From: Macrostomum lignano
Taxonomy: Eukaryota
Assembly (NCBI GenBank): GCA_002269645.1
Contig: NIVC01000486.1
Coordinates: forward strand, 248,001-312,000
Length of the DNA stretch: 64,000 nt
Direction of reading: 5' to 3'
Part shown: positions 53,973 to 64,000 of the stretch, piece by piece
Layout of the letters: each line of letters begins with the position of its first letter
How positions within the stretch are numbered: position 1 is the first letter of the stretch
Translations under genes and position numbers: made by a program
Notes under the pieces: generated by a model
Databases searched by the model: none
Told to the model about the DNA's origin: nothing
Seen by the model: only the letters and a program-made list of their open reading frames with translations

Positions 53973-56900
53973 ATGGGCGAGCTGGAGGCCGCCTACGACA
54001 GCTTCGTCTCGGCCGGGGACATCGCGCCCTGCCTGGCCGCCTTCAATCGCCTGTGCGAACTGCTGGATTTGAATCCGTGCAGTCCGGACTTCTTCAGGCA
54101 CCAGCTGGCTAAGCGGCGAAGCGGCCGGCACTGGCGGGCTGGCCAGCTGCTGTCTGTGCTGCATCAGAAGGCCTCGGCCAAGGACTACGCTAGCGGGGCC
54201 GCGGCCGCCGGCTGTCGGGCCTTGGTGATCGGCGGCGGGCCCTGCGGCCTGCGGACGGCGATCGAGCTGGCCCTGCTGGGTGCCCGAGTCACTGTGCTGG
54301 AGAAACGGGACCGGTTCTCGCGGAACAATGTCCTCCATCTGTGGCCCTTTCTAATTGAAGATTTGAAAGCCCTTGGCGCTAAAAAACTGGCGCCGCATCT
54401 GTTTAGCGGGCCGATTGATCACATCAGCATCAAGACTCTGCAGTGCATCCTGCTCAAGATTGCCCTGTTGCTAGGCGTCGATTTTTTACCCGGCGTCGGC
54501 TTTGAAGGCATGGAAGAGGTTCCGCCTTCGGCTCCTGGCGGCGCCAGCATTGAAGACAACGGCGGCTCGCAGGGCTTCCGGTGTCGAGTTGACCCGCCGG
54601 AACATCCGGTTGCGAGGTTTGGACATTATTGCTCTCGATATGGCCTTTTTATAGTCTATAGTTAGATCAGATAACCCCTAAGTCACACCCAGATAATCTT
54701 GTTAAATCTGTCGTGAGAGTCGGCCTAAATCCGCTATTGAGAGAGTCGCCCTAAACTTGCTTTTGAGTTGCCCTAAACCTGTTATTGAAGAAGTCACCCT
54801 AAACCTGCTATTGAGAGAGTCGCCCTAAACCTGTTATTGAAGAAGTCACCCTAAACCTGCTATTGAGAGAGTCGCCCTAAACCTGCTATTGAGAGAGTCG
54901 CCCTAAACCTGCTATTGAGAGAGTCGCCCTAAACCTGCTATTGAGAGAGTCGCCCTAAACCTGCTATTGAGAGAGTCGCCCTAAACCTGCTATTGAGAGA
55001 GTCGCCCTAAACCTGCTATTGAGAGAGTTATCCTAAACCTGTCATTGAGAGAGTCGCCCTAAACCTGTCATTGAGAGAGTCGCCCTCAAGATGTAATTGA
55101 GAGTCGCCCTCAAGATGTTATTGAGAGTCGCCCTAAACCTGCTATTGAGAGAGTCGCCCTAAACCTGCTATTGAGAGAGTCGCCCTAAACCTGCTATTGA
55201 GAGAGTCGCCCTAAACCTGCTATTGAGAGAGTCGCCCTAAACCTGCTATTGAGAGAGTCGCCCTAAACCTGCTATTGAGAGAGTCGCCCTAAACCTGCTA
55301 TTGAGAGAGTCGCCCTAAACCTGCTATTGAGAGAGTCGCCCTAAACCTGCTATTGAGAGAGTCGCCCTAAACCTGCTATTGAGAGAGTCGCCCTAAACCT
55401 GCTATTGAGAGAGTTACCCTAAACCTGTCATTGAGAGAGTCGCCCTAAACCTGCCATTGAGAGTCGCCCTCAAGATGTAATTGAGAGAGTCGCCCTCAAG
55501 ATGTAATTGAGAGAGTCGTCCTCAAGATGTTATTGAGAGTCGCCCTAAACCTGTCACTGAGACAGTAGTCATAAAAGTGTAACACTAGACAAGAGAATGG
55601 CATTAAATCGGAAATCTTCCAAGCCGTCTCCCGTTTCCCTCCCACCCAGACTGGAGTTCAACGTCCTGATAGGCGCCGACGGCAAGCGCAACACCCTGCC
55701 GGGCTTTCGCCGCAAAGTGTTCCGCGGCAAGCTGGCCATAGCAATTACGGCTAATTTTATTAAACGAGGAGCCGCCGAAGAATCGCAGGTGCAAGAAATA
55801 TCGGGCTTTTCATACATCTACAATCAGAAATATTTTAACGATCTGCGCCAGGCTACGGGTATTGATTTAGAGAACATCGTGTACTATAGAGACGACACGC
55901 ACTACTTTGTGATGACGGCCAAGAAGGCGTCTCTCATACACAAAGGCGTCCTATTGCGCGACTACGACGATCCCAGCCAGCTGCTGTCCCAGCAGAATGT
56001 CGATCAGGACAAATTGAAAGCCTACGCTGTTGAGGCGGCCACCTACGCTACTGGCGGCGGCTTAGCCAATATGGAATTCGCTGCCAATCACTGCGGCTCC
56101 GAGGACGTTGCCATGTTCGACTTTACCGAACTCTGCTCGGCCGAAAACTCTTGCCAAATTGTACACCGTCGAGGTCAAAGCGCCATCGTCTGCCTGGTTG
56201 GCGACTCGCTGTTGGAGCCGTTCTGGCCAACTGGCTCCGGCTGCGCCAGAGGCTTCTTAGGCGCTCTGGACTGCGCCTGGCTGGTCAAGCAGTTCTGCAG
56301 CGGCCGGTGCAGCGTACTGGAAGCCATAGCCGAACGGGAAAGCGTCTATCAGCTGTTGTCGCAGACAACTCCCGAGACTGTTAGTCAGAAGTTTGACGAT
56401 TTCGGCATTAATCCATCTAGTCGATATCCGGCTTATAATAAGCTGAGCGGATTAAAGCCAGATCAGGTTAGTGCCTGGCAAAGTACCGGTTAACTGAGAT
56501 TACTCGTACCTGTTCAACTAGGATACCTGTTCAAATGGGATGCCTGTTTAACTGAGATTACCTGTTCAACTAGAATACCTGTTCAAATGGGATGCCTGTT
56601 TAACTGGGATACCTGTTCAAATGGGATGCCTGTTCAAATGGGATGCCTGTTTAACTGGGATACCTGTTCAAATGGGATGCCTGTTTAACTGGGATACCTG
56701 TTCAAATGGGATGCCTGTTCAAATGGGATGCCTGTTTAACTGGGATACCTGTTCAAATGGGATACCTGTTCAACTGGGATACCTGTTCAAATGGGATACC
56801 TGTTCAACTGGGATACCTGTTCAAATGGGATACCTGTTCAAATGGGATGCCTGTTCAAATGGGATGCCTGTTTAACTGGGATACCTGTTCAAATGGGATA

Positions 56901-59900
56901 CCTGTTCAACTGGGATACCTGTTCAAATGGGATACCTGTTCAACTGGGATACCTGTTCAAATGGGATACCTGTTCAAATGGGATGCCTGTTCAAATGGGA
57001 TGCCTGTTTAACTGGGATACCTGTTCAACTGGGATACCTGTTCAACTGGGATACCTGTTCAAATGGGATACCTGTTCAACTGGGATACCTGTTCAAATGG
57101 GATGCCTGTTTAACTGGGATACCTGTTCAAATAGGATACCTGTTCAAATAGGATACCTGTTCAACTGGGATACCTGTTCAACTGGGATACCTGTTCAATC
57201 GTGATACCTGTTCAAATTGGATGCCTGTTCAACTGTGATACCTGATCACCTGGGATACCTGTTCACCTGGGATACCTGTTCAATTGGGATACTTTTTTAA
57301 CTCGGATACCTGTTTAACTGGGATAACTTTTCAAGTAGAACACCTATTTACCTGGGCACTCCTTTCTAACTAGGAGACCAGTTCACCTGAGACACCTGTA
57401 ATGTCACGTCTCTTATGGTACTTAGAGAGATACCTGGGTATGAGGAGCGGTTCCTGTGCACCTCTTATTTACAGGTACGTGTAGAAAATTTCAGTTCTCA
57501 ATGTACTTATCCACCTGCGCCTGATTGACAATTTCAGGTCAGACACCTATTTGATAGCGACATGCCCGAGTTGGGCGACAAAGCGCCAGTGAAGTTTCCC
57601 TATCGCGATGTGGATCAGCCTTACGAGCAGGAGCGTGCATTCCTGCGCTGGCTGCAGACCCGGCTGAGTCGGTACGGCCAGACTCTGGATGCTGTGGACG
57701 ATGTTGACCCTAAGCAGGTGCAGTTTATGATTTGCTAATTAAGTTCAGTCGGACTAATTATAGTGCATAGATAGACAGTGTATCTACAGTATATAAAAGT
57801 GCACGTGTACTCTAGCCTCTGCATGATCTCCATTTCCAGGTGCTGTGCATCCTGAACACCTACCTGCCCAACGCCATTCACAATCCCGACATGGCTGTCG
57901 GCTCCGACCAAGCCATGGAATTGGCCCGCACGGTGGTCCGCGCCGAGGTTGAGCCCCGCGCCGGCGCGTCTGTGTTGGTGCCAGAACTCTGGTATCCGCT
58001 GTCCGCCGCCCGTTACCTGTACCAGGTGTTCCGGCACAGCCCGTCCCAGCATCATCACCGACATTCGTCCGGCGATAAGTCCAGCTCGGGCGGAGGCGGC
58101 GGCGGCGGTTCGAAGTCGTTCAGCTCCCACTTCCCCGGCCTGCACGCCCTGTTGAAGCATCGGCGAAAGGACCGGCACCAGACGGCGGCGGCGGCAGCGG
58201 CGGCGGCCCGCAACGAGGATCCTCTGGCCAAGACCGTCATCGACAGCGGGGCCACGTCGGCTAAACGACGCGAGCTCGAGCGACTGTTGAAGTCCGGCAG
58301 CGGCGCCGGCCAACAGGAGCGGTCGGCGGCTCCAGCCAAGCAGCCAGCATCGGCCATGGTGGCGCACCTGCAGGAGAAACTGTTCCCGCCAAAGAAATCC
58401 TCGGCCGAGAAGGCTGCCGCCGCTGTCGCAGCCGCCACCGCGGCAGAGTCGGAGGCATCGGGCAACAGACAGCCCGGCAAGGTGGCGCCCAGCCCGCAGA
58501 TTGTCCAATTCCTATCGTCAGGCGGCGCGGGAACGTCAGCCGATCAGCAGCAGCAGCCAACGCCGAAGCGGCTGGACGCGAGCCATCCTGGCGTGGAGAA
58601 GCTGTCAAAGATGTCAGCTGCGGGCGCCGGCGTCGGCGGTCAGGCAGGCTTGGAGAAATGCTTCTTCTGCGATACCACGGTGTACGCAGCCGAGCGTCGG
58701 TCAGTGAACAACGACGTGTTTCACATGCGCTGCTTCCGCTGTCAGTACCCCGGCTGCGGCACCGCTCTGCGCATGTCCGCCTTCGCCCGCGACCCGGAGA
58801 CTCGCCGCTTCTTGTGCCCGTCGCACCACGCCGAGGTCCTGGCCGACCTGGAGACTCGCAGCATCGTCATGCGCTGGCTCGAGGCACACCATGGCGGAGG
58901 CGGACTCGGTGAGGAAGGCTTGGCGGCCAAAGCCGGTCACCTGTACCTGAGCCCTGACGAAGCTGACGGTCTGATGTCAGCTCCTGGCGCGGCCGCGGCG
59001 CCGATGTCGCCATCGTCGGTCACGTCGGCCTCAGTCAGCTCGCAGCCCAGTGGGGTGACCCGAGAGCGGGCGAATTTCACTTGCACGCCGAGATCAAAGA
59101 AGCCGCAGCAGCCGCCGCAGCAGTCGAAGCAGCAGGCGCCAAAGTCGCCGAGCACTGCCGCCGGTGGTGGAGGCGGCGGAGGCGGAGACGGCAATCCGCT
59201 TGGCTTCGCGGAGGACCAAGTCGAGAAGGTGGTGCTGCGCGGCTCCGAGAGCTCCGAGGAGGGCGCCTCTAAGAAGGACCGGCGTCGGCTGAGCGGCGGC
59301 GCCGTGGCGCGTCAGCATCGCCGGCATCATCACCCGCTGTCCGAGGAGGCCACTTCGTCATCGCATGGCCAGCTGGGGCCCGCCGATTTCAGGTAGGAAA
59401 ATTTGTGACTGCGGCCTTGTCTGCTCCATGCGGTGCTTGACTGTGTTAATAGATATACTTGATGCGAATCACCCTCTCACCCTCTTCTCATCCCTTTCAC
59501 TCTCTTCTCATCCCTTTCGCTCTCACCCTCTTCTCATCCCTTTCACTCTCACCCTCTTCTCATCCCTTTCACTCTCACCCTCTTCTCATCCCTTTCACTC
59601 TCAGCCTCTTCTCACCCCTTTCACTCTCAGCCTCTTCTCATCCCTTTCACTCTCAGCCTCTTCTCATCCCTTTCACTCTCACCCTCTTCTCATCCCTTTC
59701 ACTCTCACCCTCTTCTCATCCCTTTCACTCTCAGCTTCTTCTCACCCCTTTCACTCTCAGCCTCTTCTCACCCCTTTCACTCTCACCCTCTTCTCATCCC
59801 TTTCACTCTCACTCTCTTCTCATCCCTTTCACTCTCAGCCTCTTCTCATCCCTTTCACTCTCAGCCTCTTCTCACCACTTCCACTCTCTGCACCCTCTTC

Positions 59901-62900
59901 TCATCCCTTTCACTCTCACTATCTTCTCTCTCCTTCACTCCAATGGATGGGCTCTGCCCTGATTGCTGTTATTATTACTCCAAATAATTAAATCAATGGT
60001 AAAGTGACCATAAGAATTAAGAAACTTTGATTCTCACCTGCACTATGTATATAATTGATTATGTTTATTGCAAAATAATCTGACTAATGTTATTGCAATA
60101 CATTGATGACAGACGATGCTGATTCTGCATGCCTCAAAAGCCTCAGAATTCCCTAACTTTATGTATAGCTATGATATGCATCAGTGCTTCCATAGCTTTG
60201 ATGCCGGTGCCACCAAACTGATTTCCTTCTCTCAAGGCCTCTCAAACTACTCTTTATCTCTCTCTCTCTTATCAGTATTCCCTGAACTTTCTGTCCGGCC
60301 GACCCTTCTATTCCCCGTCCACTTCTTCATCTCTCTGACCGAGGGACTAAATTTGCCTTATTCATTTTTCGATGCTCTCAGACAGATCAGACTGAATTTC
60401 TCTTTCTTAGAATTTGCCCCTACTTTCCCTCCACCGACTTCCTTCCCTGCCTCCTGTTAGTCTCCTGCCCGTTTTTTCGTCAGTGCGTTTTCTTTTTCTC
60501 TATGATCCTCTCTATTCGTATCAAAGTTTACAGTGACTACGAGTTGGGCCATAGACATTCTAAGTCTATTTTCAAGCCCATTTAGTTTGAAAACTATCGC
60601 ATTTTCTACTAAGTCAATTTAGCCTGGGAGCATCGAGCTATTGAAGACTCGTGGCTTTTCATTATTCTATGACCTACCCGAGTCTTAATGATTGTCCAAG
60701 GAACGCCATTATTTCAGGCTTCCTACGCGCATTTCAACCATAGACAAAACAGTTTATTTAACAGAAGGGACCATAAATACACTAGGCATTTGAGAATACA
60801 TACATGTAGATATGAAATATGCGTATAACAGACACAGCAATATGATCAGTAACACTTGGTTTGGTTTCTTTAGTCCAAAGTAATAGAAACGAAGATACTC
60901 TCCTAGCTTCTCGTTTGTCATGCCTTGTACTTCTTCGGTCGTATGCTTGCGCATGAAGTCAATGAATCGTCCTCCCTGTTGCATCATTTGTTCTTGGGTG
61001 GAGCACGGTAACAAGTCTAACTCGACTTTTGTCCATGTCGGCAGCAACAGACTCTGGTAATTCTGGCAATTTGACTCCGGAAACATAATCTTCAGAGTTG
61101 GTCTGTAGATTCGAAAGGAAGCCAATAAAATTCTGTAGATCGGTGTCGTCGTGCAGGTGATCAGTATAACTTAGCTCAGTAATATAAAGCTCAGTTCACA
61201 GTCGCTAACTCCATGTCCAACGATTCGCAGGAAAGATGTTTCCAATTGATCAAAGCCATCTTGAGACAAGCGTGAAATTTCTCTGGTCGTGCCTTAGAAA
61301 ACAGACCCTTTAAAGAGTCTTTAGTCTAGGAAAACCATAGTCTATGGTCGACCGTATACCCTCTAACTCTTCCCTCTAGTCTTTTCACCCAAGATTAAAA
61401 ATTGTCTATGGCCTGTTCTTCGAGAAAATTCTAAGCGGTACGCAATGAAAACATTTATGCGGTACGCAATGATCGCGGGACTCGTTTAGGCCATAGAATA
61501 ATGAGCGTGTGTTGTATGTATTAGCCTTGAATAATGATCGACTGCCACTCGTTGCGAATACATACTACACAATCTACCATTGTCTATGGCCCAAAAAGGG
61601 GATCTGTGGAGCAACCAATTTTGCACGTGCTGACAATTCAAGTCTATGGTGGAGCCATAGCACATGGAAAGTGGCAGACGAAGAATTTATCGATCTGGGG
61701 TGAGGGTGTTTTTTCACAAAGCAAAGTTTGATCTTAGGGTTAAAACTTATGCCCGAGGTTAAGATGTTGGTGTTTTGTAGGTGCGACTTAAAGAGAAAGG
61801 CCATAGGCAATGGAAAGCAGGTCTTCAATAGCTCGATCTCTCCCACTAAAATTGACCCAACACGATTAAAATAATCATTGTTTCATTTTTCAATGGAATG
61901 ATAATAATACCAAACGGCTCTAGACAGATTTGTGCATGTATCCTTGATTTTTAAAATAATTTGTTTATTTAACTATCTATGGTATTATCAAGATTAACCT
62001 CTCCCAAACCATTTTTTACCTACCACAGCGTTGGAGAAAGCGACGGATTTCTTGGGTAATTTGTTCGTTTTGCTTTGTTTTGCTTTTGCTGTGTTGACTT
62101 TTAGTCACAGTTTACTTATAGTATGAGTACTTTATTTGTTGCTTTGCTTTGTTGCTTATCTAAACTAACTCTTTGTATTATTGTGCTTCTGTTTTGTAAA
62201 ACGACTTGCACTTCCAGCATAAATTTCCATTTAGAATTTTGTTTTAAAGCGATAAGGTTTTCTTCAACTAGTCAATCTTTGTGAGATATACCTGCCCAAA
62301 TGGGATTCTATGAGATTTCCTTCTGAAACTATTTGTTGTGCTTTTATTTCACTACTTTCGCGATTTAAACAAAAAGTACTACCTGAAATATTTGAGCATA
62401 ATTTGATCAAATATTGGCTATCAGTTACTTTATGAATTGATCAAGACTAGTGACTAAACATTGCTAGTGAACTTCAAGGTAAGTACTGGCTAAGCAGGGG
62501 TTCAGGTTACATGTCAAGTGAGGTTCAGGCAACAGGTCAAGTGAGGTTCAGGCAACAGGTCAAGTGAGGTTCAGGCAATGGGTCAAGTGAGGTTCAGGCA
62601 ACAGGTCAAGTGAGGTTCAGGCAACAGATCAAGTGAGGTTCAGGCAACAGGTCAAGTGAGGTTCAGGCAACATGTCAAGTGAGGTTCAGGCAACAGGTCA
62701 AGTGAGGTTCAGGCAACATGTCAAGTGAGGTTCAGGCAACAGGTCAAGTGAGGTTCAGGCAACAGGTCAAGTGAGGTTCAGGCAACATGTCAAGTGAGGT
62801 TCAGGCAACATGTCAAGTGAGGTTCAGGCAACAGGTCAAGTGAGGTTCAGGCAACATGTCAAGTGAGGTTCAGGCAACAGGTCAAGTGAGGTTCAGGCAA

Positions 62901-63583
62901 CAGGTCAAGTGAGGTTCAGGCAATGGGTCAAGTAAGGCTTATCCAGCATACTAAAACAACAAAATATCATATCTTGGCCAGTCCGGCAAAATTTATAACC
63001 CTTCGTCCCGCCGTCAGATCTGATGAGGCCAGCTCCTGCGAAGAGGACTTTGAAGCGGCCGCGGCTGCCGCAGGCCTGGGCGACTCGGAGGACAGGGACA
63101 ACGTATTCGCCATGGACGCCGCCAAGGAGCTGCAGATTCGCGCCCTGATGGAGGCGCGCCTATTGAAGAGGCCGAAAAAGGCTGATCGCCAGGTCCGGGA
63201 CGATAACCAGTCCACCAGCTCGTCTGAGGCCGCCGCTGCCGCCGCTGTTGCCGCGGTGAAAACCGAGCAAGATAAAGCTCGAGTCAAACTGCTCCAAGCC
63301 ATGGAGATCACCAGACGGTGGAATCAGACTGCGCCGGAGCCGTCCGGCGAGTCCCTCAACGCCGCCGCCGTCGCCGCCGCCGCAGCCGCAGCCGCCGCCA
63401 CCGCCACCGCTCCTCCGACCGCCTCGGCCGGCTACGACACTTTAAAACGATTGCGCAAAATGAAGGAGTCGTTTTTCTCGCAGGAGAGCAAAGGACTGTC
63501 ATTGCATACGCAGTTTATTGCGCAGCGAAATTTGCAGATGCTGCGCAACTCCGAGGTTGACGACATGCCGCAGGAAGTGGCCG
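53973..63583 (+). CDS. MICAL: MICAL F-actin monooxygenase (FAD monooxygenase, degenerate CH, LIM), 3'-partial; exons 53973-54616, 55650-56466, 57538-57717, 57840-59392, 63018-63583
   Basis: VIGGGPCGLRTAIE, EKRDRFSRNNVLHLWPF, GADGKRNTLPGFRRKVFRGKLAIAITANF, GDSLLEPFWPTGSGCARGFL and QVRHLFD; LIM CFFC...HMRCFRC...CPSH. GT-AG phases 2,0,0,2 are consistent. Donor G|GTGAGA at 63584 shows the gene continues. Confidence 0.92.
54720..55560. repeat. 26-bp minisatellite in MICAL intron 1
   Basis: Unit ccctaaacctgctattgagagagtcg. Confidence 0.96.
56505..57345. repeat. 17-bp minisatellite in MICAL intron 2
   Basis: Units ctgggatacctgttcaa and atgggatgcctgtt(c/t)aa. Confidence 0.95.
59470..59935. repeat. 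26-bp pyrimidine minisatellite in MICAL intron 4
   Basis: Unit ctctcaccctcttctcatccctttca. Confidence 0.93.
60613..61856 (-). mobile_element. Inverted-repeat-bounded element carrying a Crypton/DUF3504-associated coding fragment
   Basis: Imperfect inverted repeats of about 60 bp (gtcaatttagcctgggagcatcgagctattgaagac versus gtcaattttagtgggagagatcgagctattgaagac); 9 internal CCATAG/CTATGG motifs; minus-strand ORF 60754-61125 contains EEVQGMTNEKLGEYLRFYYFGLKKPN. No TSD seen. The family call is inference. Confidence 0.55.
62490..62932. repeat. 23-bp minisatellite in MICAL intron 4
   Basis: Unit caggtcaagtgaggttcaggcaa. Confidence 0.95.
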
Positions 63584-63699
63584 GTGAGATGGCGCTTATT
63601 TGTTATTAAGAGGGGCTGTCGCGTGTTATTGCAGTAGTCATACTGTGACTCACATTATCTTGGAGTGACTCAGATTGATTTTATTGACGTGATCATTAA

Positions 63700-64000
63700 G
63701 TGAATCACATTATATTGGCATGATCACAGAGTGACTCATTATATTGGCATGATCATAGAGTGTCTCATTATATTGGCATGATCAAAGAGTGACTCATTAT
63801 ATTGGCATGATCAAAGAGTGACTCATTATATTGGCATGATCATAGAGTGACTCATTATATTGGCATGATCATAGAGTGACTCATTATATTGGCATGATCA
63901 TAGAGTGACTCATTATATTGGCATGATCAAAGAGTGACTCATTATATTGGCATGATCAAAGAGTGACTCATTATATTGGCATGATCATAGAGTGACTCAT
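63700..64000. repeat. 29-bp minisatellite in MICAL intron 5 (runs off the window)
   Basis: Unit gagtgactcattatattggcatgatcata. Confidence 0.93.

Overview
Eukaryotic (metazoan) genomic DNA: GC-rich spliced exons, AT-rich spacers, and a very high density of unrelated mini- and microsatellites. The style suggests a free-living flatworm such as Macrostomum, but that is inference only. By reading splice sites by hand I reconstructed these genes: the 3' end of a type I membrane protein gene (+, 52-541); a complete 5-exon cationic amino-acid transporter, SLC7/CAT family (+, 4685-8377, 628 aa); a 6-exon EF-hand/nicotinamidase gene with a GC-AG last intron (+, 12420-16340, 349 aa); a 3-coding-exon class A peptide GPCR (+, 23507-26890, 421 aa); an 8-exon triple-CCCH ZC3H4/6-like gene with DPR motifs (-, 45471-39590, about 685 aa); and the first five coding exons of a MICAL (+, 53973-63583, continuing past the window). 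Of the 23 introns in these last five genes, 20 hold a tandem array, each with a different unit. Mobile DNA includes two tRNA-headed SINE families, five non-autonomous TIR elements with readable 8-bp target-site duplications (two nested in other elements), a collapsed Gypsy-like remnant, and a possibly Crypton-like element in a MICAL intron. Most long ORFs in the supplied track are translations of tandem repeats, not genes. No CRISPR array, rRNA or intact tRNA was found. All coordinates were counted by hand; repeat boundaries are approximate.
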